Assembly: GCA_965112155.1 (NCBI GenBank) | Contig: OZ218098.1 | DNA: 64,000 nucleotides | Direction: 5' to 3' (one strand) | DNA from: Podarcis liolepis | Lineage: Eukaryota | Shown here: positions 12,758 to 25,254 of the stretch, piece after piece | Position numbering within the stretch: position 1 is the first letter of the stretch | How the letters are laid out: every line of letters begins with the position of its first letter | The notes under the pieces: generated by a model | The model's input: only the letters and a program-made list of their open reading frames with translations | What the model was told of the DNA's origin: nothing | The model's database searches: none | Position numbers and translations under genes: made by a program

Positions 12758-14245
12758 CTAAGAAATGAGAGGGGGAAAGGGAAAGGGAGAGAAAGGGAAA
12801 ACCCCACATAGTCTGAATAATTTTCAGAATTACTGGAAAAGGCCAGGAAAAGAAATCAGATTTGCAGAATAAAATACTAGGCTGGAACTGAGGTAGTCTG
12901 AGCCACATGCACACACAAAACCAAACCAATCCTAGACATCTTTACTTAAAAGAAAAAGTTGCCACTGATTTCAATGGAACTTATTTTCAAGTTGTGTTTA
13001 GGATTACCAGGGACCACTCTCAAGCCTGGATTTTGCTTAAAAATGATGCACAACACCTACAAATGATGGAGATGGCATTCATATAGGACTGAGAGGATAG
13101 TATGAAGTGTGTTGACCAATAACATGCTGGACAAGAGAGCAATTACTTAAAAGCTGTGTTTATTATTTGTTTTCTATGAGGGTTTTTTTAAATGACTGTT
13201 CTGTGTTTTATTGAAATGTTTTATATATTATTGTTATATGCTACTTCAACTTCCTATTGATTTTCACTGCCTTTATTAAATAAATGCTACAGAAGAAGCC
13301 TGGAAAACCACTGCTCTGACAGCAGACTCTAACTGTGGATATAGGTTCATTGTCAAACAAATCATGTGACCAACTGCATGCCTCTCTTTGACTCCCACAC
13401 CAAGAAGGGCAAAGCCCGAACATAAAGTCTCACATTCTGCATCTCAGTTATAGAGGCAAAAGTTTCCAGAGCAGGCATTTTATAGTCCTCAATGTGAAAG
13501 TTTACCTCATAGCCAAAACTTTCCTCTGCTTAATATTTTAAAAATCTTTAAACTGTATATATAACCTAATAAACAATATCATTAAAACAAGAATACTACA
13601 TCAAACCCTTAAAAGAACACTTGTGTAAAAGCATATAAAACAAATAAAAACAGGATTTCAGGGAATCCAAACAAATAAAAACAGGACAGTTTTCAGGAAA
13701 CATTAAAAAATAGAATCTATTGGTATCACACTCCCAAAGCAATGTCTGACACAGCTACAGAAATTGGACAACAAAATATTAAATTCCTCACTGGGCTATC
13801 GGAAAGCTCTGGAAAAGAAACAGAAGAAATGCCTATGTGGAATACTGGGCTCACAGTAATTAATTAATGTGCTCCAAAAGCCAATGTCTAAGGCCAACTG
13901 TAACAAAATTAATCCACTAGAATAAAATTGACTCCTGAGGTACAATAACTGCTTCAGCCCTTTATAATGGTGACAATAAACTTTTAATTTCTTCAGAGGT
14001 GAAAAATACTGTTTATTTCCTGTCCCCTGGTCAACTCAAGAAAACATACAGCAATTTCCAGAAAACTCTATTCCACGAAGCGATCAGTATTCTACGATTG
14101 CTCTATAAAGTTTGCCCTGTAGTCTAAACTACATATTTTTATTGCTTCTTTGCAAATTTCCTGTTCAGCAATAAAGACAATAAATTTATAACTTCAGAGA
14201 TGTTTGATTCATTTTCTTTTCTAAAAGGTAGTCAGTAACTGAACA

Positions 14246-14384
14246 AAGGTAATCAGGTATCTGAAGAAGTGTGCATGCACACGAAAGCTCATACCAAGAA
14301 CTAACTTAGTTGGTCTTTAAGGTGCTACTGGAAGGAATTTTTTTATTTTGACTATGGCAGACCAACACGGCTACCTATCTGTAA
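14246..14384 (+). mobile_element. Short retroelement insertion, probably a Penelope-like terminal fragment
   Basis: Flanked by a perfect 13-bp TSD cagtaactgaaca (14233-14245 and 14385-14397); ctgaagaagtg..cacgaaagctcat..ttggtctttaaggtgctac resembles reptile Penelope ends (family call from memory). Confidence 0.7.
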
Positions 14385-14579
14385 CAGTAACTGAACAGAT
14401 TTTGCAAACCTCTAAACACATTAAACTCAAATGCATGTTTCATTTTAGGCTAACCAGCCTAAAGAGCCAAATCTAAGGAAAATTATTTACTAGTTAGTGA
14501 AAAAATACTTTTGTCATGCACCTTCTTTATTTTAAAGGTGATGTCAGGCCAAACATATTTTTTTCTACTATGAACTCAC

Positions 14580-14678
14580 TTGATGTGAAAAGGTCAGCCC
14601 CATCAAAGGGCCCTTCAATGTATCCGTCACGACAGGAGGAGGGGTCTGAAAATGTGCTTTAGTGACAGTAAATACACA
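14580..14678 (-). CDS. ATG13: ATG13 cassette exon 10 (CVFTVTKAHFQTPPPVVTDTLKGPLMGLTFSHQ)
   Basis: 99 nt, phase 0-0, AG/GTGAGT; matches the extra exon of the long (550 aa) mammalian isoform. Confidence 0.9.
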
Positions 14679-16203
14679 CTGAACACAGACACACAAAAGG
14701 AAAAGAAAGAAAAAGACTTCAGAAAGAAAAACTGAAAAGAGTTGGATGAAGTGAATGTTGGTGAGGACTGTGGTTACAGCTATGAGAAACATTCATACAT
14801 GTCAACGAGTTGCAGAATTGCAGGAGAGCTGCATGCTTTATAAAGGGTTTAAAATGTCAGGAAACTGTTGTCCGCTTTTTAAAAAAAGTGTTCCTAGTTG
14901 TAGTCTTTATCAATGAATTCACTGCTGATCATATATAACCAACAGCCTGAAACTCTCTTCTAAAGTCAGATGTTGTAGGACTTTTATTGATCATCTTAAC
15001 AACTAGGCTTGAATAGCTGTTGGTGACAACTGAGCAAAGGGGGAGCTATATAAAGTGGAGATCACTCTAAGTCCTCATGCATCTCAGTGATCAAAGCAAT
15101 CTCCAGTTGCACTAGGCTTGAAGGTTCAATACAAACAGTAAGACAATAGGCTTTGTCAAACACTATTTTTTTTAAAAAAAGATACCTCACCCTGTTACAG
15201 AGCAGCTGAACACAAACCCTAGCAAGAACAGAGAAAAAGCCTTGAGCCACAAACTCATCAGCTGTGCTGGCTGTCAAAGTCAGAAGCCATGTGTCTTCAG
15301 ACTAGAGTTTGATTGAGACAACTGAAGTAATAGATTCAGAACCTTTTATAGGAACTTGTTTCTTTTGTGATATTTGACTGGGCAACCAGGAGAGCCCCTA
15401 AGCATAAGGCAAAAATCTTTAGAGTGCCCCAAAACATACATAAATTGGAACTGGACACTTTGATCCAGGAAAACAGGGGTGAAGCAGAAGGCTGTGCCCA
15501 ACCCACAGCTGCCTGTAGAGCATGCCCTCATCCTCTAGCCTGAAGTTAAGATATGATCCTCAGCAATTTCCTAGGATTATGTGCACCACAAGTGTTACAT
15601 GCCTTCTCCTTCCCTAACAACATCTGTTTACGTATCTTCTCTTCTGGAAATGCAATCAGAAACTCATTTCCACACCAGGGTTGCCCTAGTGAAGGAGATT
15701 CGAAAACTAAACCTTCAACACCATCTGCACAGCTCCAAAGGCTCTTTGCCAGTCTTTTAAATCTATGGAATACATCGGCCAGAGTATGCAAAGTTTTAAA
15801 TGGAAAAGAGAAGAGAAAAGTGACCCAATCTTTAAGTATTTTACACTTGCCAGGTATAGAGAAAGGTTTTTAAATTGCAGCAGGATGGAAACAGGTGAAT
15901 ACTATGCAATCAACAGATTGTCAGCAAAATTGATTCAGAACTTAAACTGTACTCTGTGCAATCAAGTGTGACCAATACCACATTGTTTTATCTATAAAGA
16001 GACAGAATTTTTGTATGCACAAGGAAACTTATCATTAGGCACAGATGTAGTAAACTATCATTTAGTTTTCAGTAACCTTCATTTTTGTATTTGTCTAACA
16101 ATCTGTAATATTCAATTTTTTAAAACGTTAACTAAAAATACAAGTGTCTGTAAACTAAAACGTGCCTTGGAAAACATACAATGGTCTCTGAAAAATTGTT
16201 TAC

Positions 16204-16291
16204 CTGTGATGGTGGAGAAGTAGAAAAAGAGGTGGTGCAGGCTTCTTGAGAATCTTCCACTGATGGGTATGCATTTTCCTCACCAGCTGTT
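16204..16291 (-). CDS. ATG13: ATG13 coding exon 9 ([29 protein letters not shown])
   Basis: 88 nt, phase 2-0. Confidence 0.96.
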
Positions 16292-16586
16292 CTGTAACAG
16301 AAGGAGATAAACTTCAAAATGGGAATGTTCAATAAAACGCAAGATTTAAAGTACATACAGAGACAGACATTGTAGACAGACCCAGAACATCTGAGTGGAG
16401 TTGAAAGGAGAATTATGAAGGAGCTCTAACTCTTTCCTTATCGGGGTTTAAATAAATGCTACTAGAGTGGATTAAGTCTGGATTTTATTTGTCCAGAAGT
16501 ATGAAACATTATTCACCTATCTGCCTTTTAGTTTTTGTTAGGAAGATTCTTCCTGATAAATGTTACTTATGCTACCAGCTGTAGAA

Positions 16587-16676
16587 CATAGCTGTCAACG
16601 TTTCCCTTTTTTAAAGGGAAATTCCCTTATTCCGAATAGGATCTCTCAGAAGAAAAGGGAAATGTTGACAGCTATG
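16587..16676. mobile_element. 90-bp hAT-type MITE
   Basis: ~24-bp TIR catagctgtcaac(g/a)tttcccttt and 8-bp TSD ctgtagaa/ctgtagag. Confidence 0.8.
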
Positions 16677-16819
16677 CTGTAGAGATGTACAAAATGTAGC
16701 TTCAAAGCCAGTTTAAAGCACCTTATCATTGCTTTTGGTCTGACTGCAAAGGAAATGTTTATAAAATAAAACCTTTTACTAAAACAACTCTTTGATTTTG
16801 ATGACCACTTGTTATGTAT

Positions 16820-16892
16820 GCTTCAGTTGAGATTCCTGCACTGCAGAGGGTTGGACTAGAGGACCCTTCAAACTCTAAAATTCTATGATTCT
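16820..16892 (+). mobile_element. CR1 LINE 3' end fragment
   Basis: gggttggactaga..attctatgattct CR1 terminal repeat; a similar - strand fragment lies at ~9733-9790. Confidence 0.65.
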
Positions 16893-17518
16893 TTGTCAAA
16901 GTATTATACATTGCAATGGGTTGACTCTAGGATTCCCATAAGTGGAATTCCACTGGATAAGGAGGGGGTAGTTATTCATCAGTTCCTAGTTTCACTGCTC
17001 CTGAGGGTTGCAAAAAGTGAGGGAGATGGCATACCTCCGGTCCCTCTTCCTCCAGCAGAAGCATCTGCTGGTAAACATTCCCTTTCACAAATTAAAGTAG
17101 ACCCAGTATTTGAAAACTATATGAAATAAATGAACCACATGTGCTTTTGAATGCTGACACTTGAGTGTACAAACACTAAAATCAATGCTTGCAATGCACT
17201 GTGTTAGCTTTCTTCTGCAACTCATTTCACTTAGCTGTTAAGAGTTTTCACTCTGCATAGTATTTTTTCTGATTATATACTAATGATGCAAATGAGAATT
17301 CATGTGAACCGCTGTCTACGTGAACTGGAGAGAGTCCGAAACTCTAAGAACCCTCTAGACCATATGCCATTCACCCACTTCTTATAGAATAGAAAATGCA
17401 GGGTTTTCCATTTCATGTAAGAACTTTTTCTTTTCTCCACCCAGCAGTGCATGGTGTAGAGGCTCTGTATTTGGGAAGAACTGCCTTCACCTATGATCTG
17501 TGATTTGTATTTCCTCAC

Positions 17519-17617
17519 CTGTAATTGCAGGGATGCATGGGTGAGGAGCTGGGGTAGGGACGTTCCACAAAGTGATCAATGATAATCCCCATGATAGGTG
17601 GGGTCCTCTCAAACTGC
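17519..17617 (-). CDS. ATG13: ATG13 coding exon 8 ([33 protein letters not shown])
   Basis: 99 nt, phase 2-2. Confidence 0.97.
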
Positions 17618-17907
17618 CTGCAATGCAACAAGCAAATGGTGTTATTCATAAGACTGTGTTCTCTTCTCTGCTGCAACCCCAATTCTGACAGCTAGACTGT
17701 TCTTCTGCATCAGTTAATGGGAAGCAGAGCATCCCCACAATTCAACCCTACAACTCCACACATGAACAAGGAAACTGGTGTTCAGGAGCATGACTCAGGG
17801 CTACCAAACAATATCACTCCACAAAATCTGAGAAGCCCAGGATTTTGGGCTTCAGAAGTGGAAAGTGTCCTGGAAAATGTGGCTTAGTTTGACTCTCATG
17901 CTCTCAC

Positions 17908-18004
17908 CTCGTAGACATGAAAGCTAGGTTGATTCTGTAGGCACAGGACAAAGTGATGGTGCCTAATGGAGTACCCACTGTCCCAACACGGACGGTCTGA
18001 AATC
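17908..18004 (-). CDS. ATG13: ATG13 coding exon 7 ([32 protein letters not shown]), end of HORMA domain
   Basis: 97 nt, phase 1-2. Confidence 0.97.
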
Positions 18005-18438
18005 CTATGGAAATAGAAAAATTATCAATAATAGTAATAATAACAACAAATTAATAGTCAGCATTAAAGATAAAGATTGATTTGCCATTTCTCTGTTGCT
18101 GAATGACAGTTTATGACATTCTGCTAGCAACAAAGGGATAACAATATGCTTTCCTGCCATATCCCTTACTGAAGGCATACCTCTTCCTAATAAATCTCTC
18201 AGCACCTTTTTTTAAAAAAGTTATTTTACTAATTGTGCTAGTCCATGTAGGGACTGATGCGCTTGCTGTTAATAAACGTTATACTGCTATCATTGACCTC
18301 CAGTAAGGGAATATCCTAATTCCCCCTACATCCAAAATCCTTCATTTTCTTCTTATATTCTCCCTGACTGTTATGTTACTGGTATATAGTAGTTGTTTTT
18401 TTAAGTCTTCAGCTAGTTTGTTCATTGCCAAACCATAC

Positions 18439-18477
18439 CTTCTCCCAAGCCACTCAGCTGAACTTCTCCGAAGTATA

Positions 18478-18479
<2 letters not shown>
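18439..18479 (-). CDS. ATG13: ATG13 coding exon 6 (IYFGEVQLSGLGE)
   Basis: 41 nt, phase 2-1. Confidence 0.96.

Positions 18480-18483
<4 letters not shown>

Positions 18484-18518
<35 letters not shown>
18484..18518. repeat. (GA)n microsatellite
   Basis: ~17 GA units followed by a short (GC)n run. Confidence 0.95.
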
Positions 18519-18522
<4 letters not shown>

Positions 18523-19128
18523 CGCACATTAAACATAGTCTACTAGGTAGTATAAAGTCAGGTGCACTAAGTGTTTATCATTGAGCTGTGTCTTCTGATT
18601 TACAAAGTACTTTACAAGATTAAGATTCTTTACCCATACAATATTTATCTGAATATTATTGCCTTTTACTCATGAGTAACTGGGACTGAAAGACAGCAGT
18701 TTGCCCAATACCATCATCCAGTAAATTCATGGCTGAGCTGGAAATCTGAACCCACAGCTGATATGCTATTCACTGGTCAGCAGATGAACCAGAAATATCA
18801 TTGTAAGACCCAATTCTGGCTTGCCTTTTCTTTTTAAAAAGGATCCCCCCTCACCCGCCAAACCTTTAGCAGTCCGAAAACTTTCTACCAGACATGTTCT
18901 AAGACAATGATGGGAGAAAAAAGTTATGTTTTAACTAAGGATCCTTTTAAAGGAAACAACTGAGGAAGCAAGCTGGCTTTTAAAGGGAAAGATATTCTAA
19001 GAATATGGAGAAGCTAAAGAAAAATAATGAAGCGTTGATCAAGAATTGCAAAATACCGTAGGAAAAAATGAGTGGGAAAAGTGCATAAGAGCCAATAGTT
19101 CTATTGTTTCTATTTCAATATTTATTAC

Positions 19129-19269
19129 CTGTACAATATTACATATTCATGACCTTGTTTCCTAGAGAGTCTGTAGGCAGGAGTCACCCTTGTTATAGCA
19201 AGTAAAGACTTCAGTAATAGAGACAGTCTGTTGTACACAGTGTAAGAAACTTTGATTTCTTTATCACAC
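19129..19269 (-). CDS. ATG13: ATG13 coding exon 5 ([47 protein letters not shown]), HORMA
   Basis: 141 nt, phase 2-2. Confidence 0.98.
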
Positions 19270-20288
19270 CTAAAAAGCACACAGAAAGAGTTAGTCCGAT
19301 ATTCTCAATGAAGTGACACAAAGTACACTAATACAAGCTAGAGACAGTGACATTTGGGGTCTACACTAGATTTAGCCATGTAAAATAGAAGCAATTGAGA
19401 TTACAACCTGCCCTTAGAAACACAATCTATTCATATACCTTATGCAATTTGTTCCCAAAGAATATTTATCGAATTGCAAAGAAGTATTTGCAGAAGTTAC
19501 AAATAATCTTGTACTAGAATTAATTACTGTAAGTTTTTGAGCATTTTTAGCTTATTTTATTATATATTATATACTATATACTATATAGTAGATACCTATA
19601 TAATTATCTTGCATAATTCTTATTTGTAATCAGTTAGAAATCCTTGTACTTCAGCACAAGATACACATGACTTTAAATACTGAGCAGGTATGTTCTGTGA
19701 AAAGACACTTGAATTTCTCAGCTAACAGATACCAAGAGTTCTCTCTTACTTGAATGATAAATGTGATAAAATCTTAAGTCCCTTTGCAATTTTTCTCGTC
19801 TAGGAGACAAGTAAAAGCTACGAAGCAGCAGATGCTTGTGGCTAATTATGTTTGCCTGATGCAGAATTTAAAAAAAAAAAATCAGAACTGCTGACTCACT
19901 GTAGATAATTTAACTCCAGTGTCTTCTACAACACTGTTAAATCAAAACATGCCATTTATATCATGGGTCAATAAGAGGATTTATTTTAGAGCTTTCTGCC
20001 ATCTAATAATAACTGCCCTTTTAGATCCAGGGTGGATTGATTTAAATCAGTCATTTAAAATCACCAACAACCAAAACAACCAGCAGAAAATAACCTAATT
20101 TAACTCAACTTTCCTATTTTGTAATTCATGCATTTCCTAAACCTGAGTGCACACGAAGTGGTTGCTATTACCATTTAACCATATTGGCTTGCAACTATAG
20201 TCACTGAAGATAATCCAAACCCCACATGGTTTTAGCTCTACCCTGTTATATCTGCTTCTAGGCAAGTGGGGAAACTGTGAACATGACT

Positions 20289-20448
20289 AAGAACATAAAA
20301 AGAGTCCTGCTGGATCAGACCAAATAACTATTTAGTTGAGTATTCTGTTTCCCACAGTGGCCAACCAAATGCATATGGGAAGCCCACAAACAGAACATGA
20401 GTGCAACAGCCCTCTCCCATTGTTGTTTCCCAGCAACTAGTATTCAGA
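20289..20448 (-). mobile_element. CR1-related retroelement 3' fragment
   Basis: aagaacataaaaagagtcctgctggatcagacca.. is a typical reptile CR1 3' end in reverse orientation. Confidence 0.55.
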
Positions 20449-20526
20449 TGAAGTCCTGTGCCCTTATGCACTCAGTCAGCCAAGAAGTATCTGCTTATTG
20501 GACAAGTATCAGCAACACACACTTAC

Positions 20527-20573
20527 TTTTCATTCATTTCCAAACACCAAATTTCCAACTCCATGGAATCCCC
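20527..20573 (-). CDS. ATG13: ATG13 coding exon 4 (GDSMELEIWCLEMNEK)
   Basis: 47 nt, phase 0-2. Confidence 0.97.
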
Positions 20574-20865
20574 CTGCAGTGGAAAAAGGAATGTTTAAAT
20601 AACATCTTTGTGAGATGCTCAATGAATGGGGAAAACCTGCAAAATAAGTTTATCATCATATGAATAAACATTTTAGATCTTACTGTGGTCCCTTTGGAAG
20701 TTGAATGGAGACACAAAATTCAAAATACTACATGTAATAATGAATTTGTAGCTATGGTTTGCTCCTTCTGATTCATAAGATTAAAGATTTGCATATATAA
20801 ACAGGAGACCCTTTCCCCCTTGTGAGATGCACTCAGCTTCCTTTTGACTTCAAATGACAAATATA

Positions 20866-21095
20866 CCATATTTTTCGCTCTATAAGATGCACCAGACCAC
20901 AAGACGCACCTAGTTTTTGGAGGAGGAAAACAAGAAAAAAAATATTTTGAATCTGCGCAGTGAAAGCAGCAATCCCTCTTGCTGTTCTGGCTTTTGTGAT
21001 AGCTGCGCAGCCTGCATTTGCTCCATAAGATGCACACACATTTCCCCTTACTTTTTAGGAGGGAAAAAGTGAGTCTTATAGAGCAAAAAATACGG
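20866..21095. mobile_element. Tc1/mariner (pogo/Tigger-like) MITE, family B
   Basis: TIR cc(a/g)tattttt(c/t)gctctataaga, TA TSD on both sides. Confidence 0.85.
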
Positions 21096-21521
21096 TACCT
21101 ACAAATGGCCTCAACAGTTTGGCCCCATCCCACATACTTCTGGTGGGCTGTTGGTTTGTTGAAAGCAGCTTGGTTGCTAGTTTAAAGCTCACCCCTATAC
21201 GTGGTAACCATCATACAGTTCATTTTTTATTTTTCTAATGATGATTATTTTAAAAACAGATACTGTATTTAGGCTGAAAAACTATTTTGGGTAGTTAGGG
21301 TGCCTCTACATGACCCTCTATAAAGAATGTGACAACAACATAGTAACTGCAGTTTATGACCTAGGGTGGCTCTTTTTTATGTATAGTCTCTCCTTAACAG
21401 TGTCAGTAGTGTTGTGTTAAAGAATTCTTGCAATAGATATCATGTACATAGTATGAAGACATTGCTGACATGAGCCTTAAACCATGAAGATGGCAAAAGT
21501 GTAGTTTTGCTTAGGCTTTAC

Positions 21522-21641
21522 CTCAGAGGTTTTGAGAGAGATTTCCACACACATTGACCGTCCAACAGCAGGCAGCTGTCCTGCCAAGGCTTTTTTTGCT
21601 TCATGGGTAACTTCTGGGATATCTTTGATTGCCAAGTTGAA
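21522..21641 (-). CDS. ATG13: ATG13 coding exon 3 ([40 protein letters not shown])
   Basis: 120 nt, phase 0-0. Confidence 0.98.
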
Positions 21642-21741
21642 CTGCAAAATTAAGAGAGTTGATTTTACTTTTGAGGAACTTATTTGAGAAATCTACCATG
21701 TGTCACACAACAGGAATGTATGTATTGGAACTTACAACTTA

Positions 21742-21903
21742 TTGTATTTACTCAAATTTAATGCACACCTTTTTTTGCCAAATTTCATCGCAAAAATTAG
21801 TGTGTGCATTAGATTTGATGGCGCATTTACATTCGCAAGGAAATACTTTTTTGGTTTCCAGGTTTTGAACTTTGAGGTACACATTAGATTCGTGTAAAGA
21901 CGA
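21742..21903. mobile_element. Older Tc1/mariner-type MITE
   Basis: Decayed TIRs gtatttactcaaatttaatgcacacc / ggtacacattagattcgtgtaaagac. Confidence 0.6.
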
Positions 21904-22327
21904 CAACAGGACAAAATATTCTCTGCTGTCACACACTGATGATTACTAATAACAATCTTGCTTTACTTTACTTTTTTTTTGTAAAGCAGATAATACCATC
22001 ACAAAAATTTCCCAGCTTCTTCCTTGTTCTCTCTATTTACAGTTCCTCTCTTGAGAGCTTTTATCAGAGCCACAGATGAAAAGCAATTAAGAGAAATCCA
22101 CCCAGAATCAGCTGAGGTAGAAACTATTCAGACATATATATTATTTGTATACCCAGTACCACAAGATGCCCAAATAGTAGTTTTATGTGGTTAAAAAGAA
22201 AAGGAATACTGTTTAAACATTCTTGCATGGTTCTATGTCTGCAGTTCTGCTTCAGTCTTTTGTTTCCTGTATCTTAACATGGCACAAGTATGGGAATAAT
22301 GGGATTCCTATGAGGAATATAGTTTAC

Positions 22328-22408
22328 CCAGTCAGAGCCTGTTGGCGAGGATGATGATCGAGTACAGATTTTTTCACCAAGTCGGGCCTGGACAATCACT
22401 TGTACAGT
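22328..22408 (-). CDS. ATG13: ATG13 coding exon 2 ([27 protein letters not shown])
   Basis: 81 nt, phase 0-0. Confidence 0.98.
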
Positions 22409-23167
22409 CTGAAAGAGAAAATATGAGATTTGTGAGAAGTCAAGATTTGTTACTAAACAGGAGAGAGATGAGATGAAACACAGAAACAAAAGTAACTGCT
22501 TTCACTACTTCAGTGTTTTTGTTGGTCTTCCATTATTTTATCCTTCCCCTCTTGCTGTTGAGATCATTCACCTCTCTTGTTAGTAAAACCATACATTTCT
22601 CCTTTAACCTGTACACACGCTTTCCCAGCTTGCTCTGCAACATCTATACTAATCTCAGTCAATCAGCACAGGACAATCAATGGGTGCTATAGGATGCTGT
22701 CTATAAGCAAGGCTTTGATATCTAGATACCTCCCTTACCTAACCTGGCATCTTTCATATGTTTAGACTCAAGCTCCCAGCACACCTGGCCACTGTGTGGC
22801 TTCCTGCTTTGTCTACCTGGAATGCCAATTCCAAACTCCCTTTCCTTGACTCTTAAGCATGTGTGATTCAGTCCCAAGGTCTGCAGACGGGTCACCTGAC
22901 AGTCAAACAGGAGCTAGTCATATTCAAAAGCTGGATGACTATGGGGCTTTGTTTTGTTTTGATACTATAATCTATATTTTTTGAAATCCAAATGAAGTCA
23001 GAGATCAGCAGAAAATGTTGTTTTAAAAGGTTTTGACATTGCATCAATCAACATTCTGGCTCGGCAGCATGGGGCACTGTAATAAGTACAGGGAGTTTTG
23101 GTTTGTCACAGTGCAACAGGAATGTGGATTATTTTTTTTACTTCTATTCCAAAAAACAATAAATTAC

Positions 23168-23236
23168 CTTCAAGGCAAAAAATTTGATGAACTTGTCCAG
23201 GTCCTTCCTGTCCTGGGAGCTGAGATCAGTGTCCAT
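23168..23236 (-). CDS. ATG13: ATG13 first coding exon ([23 protein letters not shown]); exon begins at 23249
   Basis: ATG in strong context GAAATGG, 69 coding nt, GT donor. All 17 exons sum to 1653 nt = 550 aa + stop with consistent phases. Confidence 0.97.
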
Positions 23237-25254
23237 TTCATATGGAAATCTAGAATAGAACAGGCATAAATATTCCAATTTGTTACTAACAGGAGAGAGA
23301 GCTTACTATGTTATTTAAACTAATCAAAGTTAATGAACTTCAGGAAACTACAGTAATCTTAAAGAGACATAAAACTAATCTTAACCTTGCTGAGATAAAT
23401 TTGTTTGATTTACATTAATACACTACTAGCTACGAAGAGAATATGCACCAGTGAAAAGTTTATGTGCATTTTCAGAATCAGCTCAGTTGTTATGGGAACT
23501 GGAGCAGGAAAAGATCACATTTCATTTAAGCTGCTGAACTTGCTAGAACTAAGTGCCAAATGAGTTTGGTCATTATATGCATTTAAAGAAACTCTAGCAT
23601 ATTTGTACAAAGCAACAAGTCTACACATGGAAGTCATTCTTTCACATAAAAATTGACCTATGTAGGCAGCATAGCAATATTGGCAGGTGACTGAGCCCCT
23701 GATGGCAGTATAGCTGATGATATTTTTATTAAGTCATCCAATTGTGTTGCTGGAGTGGAGATGTGGGCAGAGCTGGCATTTGTCATGTCACAGCCCTACT
23801 GTAGCTATGTGCTAAATAAAAATAACAAGTCATACTTATGAGCAGGTGCTAGTCTGTCAAAGTTCATGCCATAATAAATATCCTCAAGGTACCACCAGAC
23901 ACTCCCCACCATCCCATAATGCTTCACAGGAACATTCCTTGCAACAATATAATGTTAAAATGCAATGGACTCAGCACTGGGCAAAAGTGCAGAGTATACC
24001 TGAACAATACTATCTCTTTCACTAAACAGGTGTGATATTTGATAAACTATTTCATTTCTTGATAAATGAACAATGATACCTACCTAGTTATCATGAAACT
24101 GTGACAGATAAAATGCAATGTAGAACAAAAAGGGCTAACAGATTTTACCTAAGCTGTGGTTAGGAAAATTTGCATGTTTGCTTGTTGAAAATAAAGTTAT
24201 ATATATCAGAATTTGACCAATATATGGATCATGAGCTGGATACAGACTAAGTCGTGCTTGAGAAGACCCACTAAAATCAATGGAACACAAATTGACTAAC
24301 TTGTCCCGTGAATTTGAGGGGATCATGCTAAACATCACACACTATTTTCCTCAGTGATCTACCAATGTTACTGAACACAGCTGGAGCCTGAATGTCAGAA
24401 TATTTATTTTTAGCCCAGAGGATAACCAACATTATCTAAAAGGTGAGATTTTTGTACCTATGAGCCAGTCAGGTCAGGGAACTATTGGGTTCTATGCTTC
24501 AGAAAGCCATATTTTTTTGCAACTGACACCCCCATCACCACATGAAAACCAATACACATAAACTGTAACACTTATCAAAAATTTCATTTTTGAAGTTTTG
24601 AAGAAAAACTTCCATTATATAATGGAAATCTAACACAAATTCACATATGTGACACACCTTCTTTGTCATGGTCCATTGTATATTTCAGACATGCTTGCGC
24701 TTTACTGCATGGTGGTAATTTCCACAGGACCAATCCTACTCTAAACCCTTGTTGCTTTTAGTGCCTCTTTCCTGAGTAACTATAATACACAGCATATCTA
24801 AAGCAAAATATTTCTATTTCTGTTGTTGTTGTTATTTATATAACACTTTTCAGGTGATTCTCACGAAGTGGTTTACAAAAAAAAAAATTTAAATTAATAA
24901 GTGATAATTAAAACTGTGTAATAAAGCAGCCAAAAACAAATTACAATGACTTTCCCCCCCAAAAGCTAGATATCAACTTCTCTCAGGTCAAAACTGTTCT
25001 TTAATAACACTGTGGTGGCAGGTTTCTTTTTACAGGGTAAGGAAACAGCTTTCTTTGCTCTCTATTCTGGCAGACACATTTAAAACAAAGGGTGTTAAGA
25101 AATGAGTAACCTCAACCCATATAGTATTTCAATGAGAAGACAGGATGGACAATTATACTGTTTAAGTCTCTCAGTGCAGTGATTCTAGAACCTTCACAAG
25201 GTACTAGAATATCAGAGATACTTCATGATTCTCAGGTTACAGATCATTCGCTTT

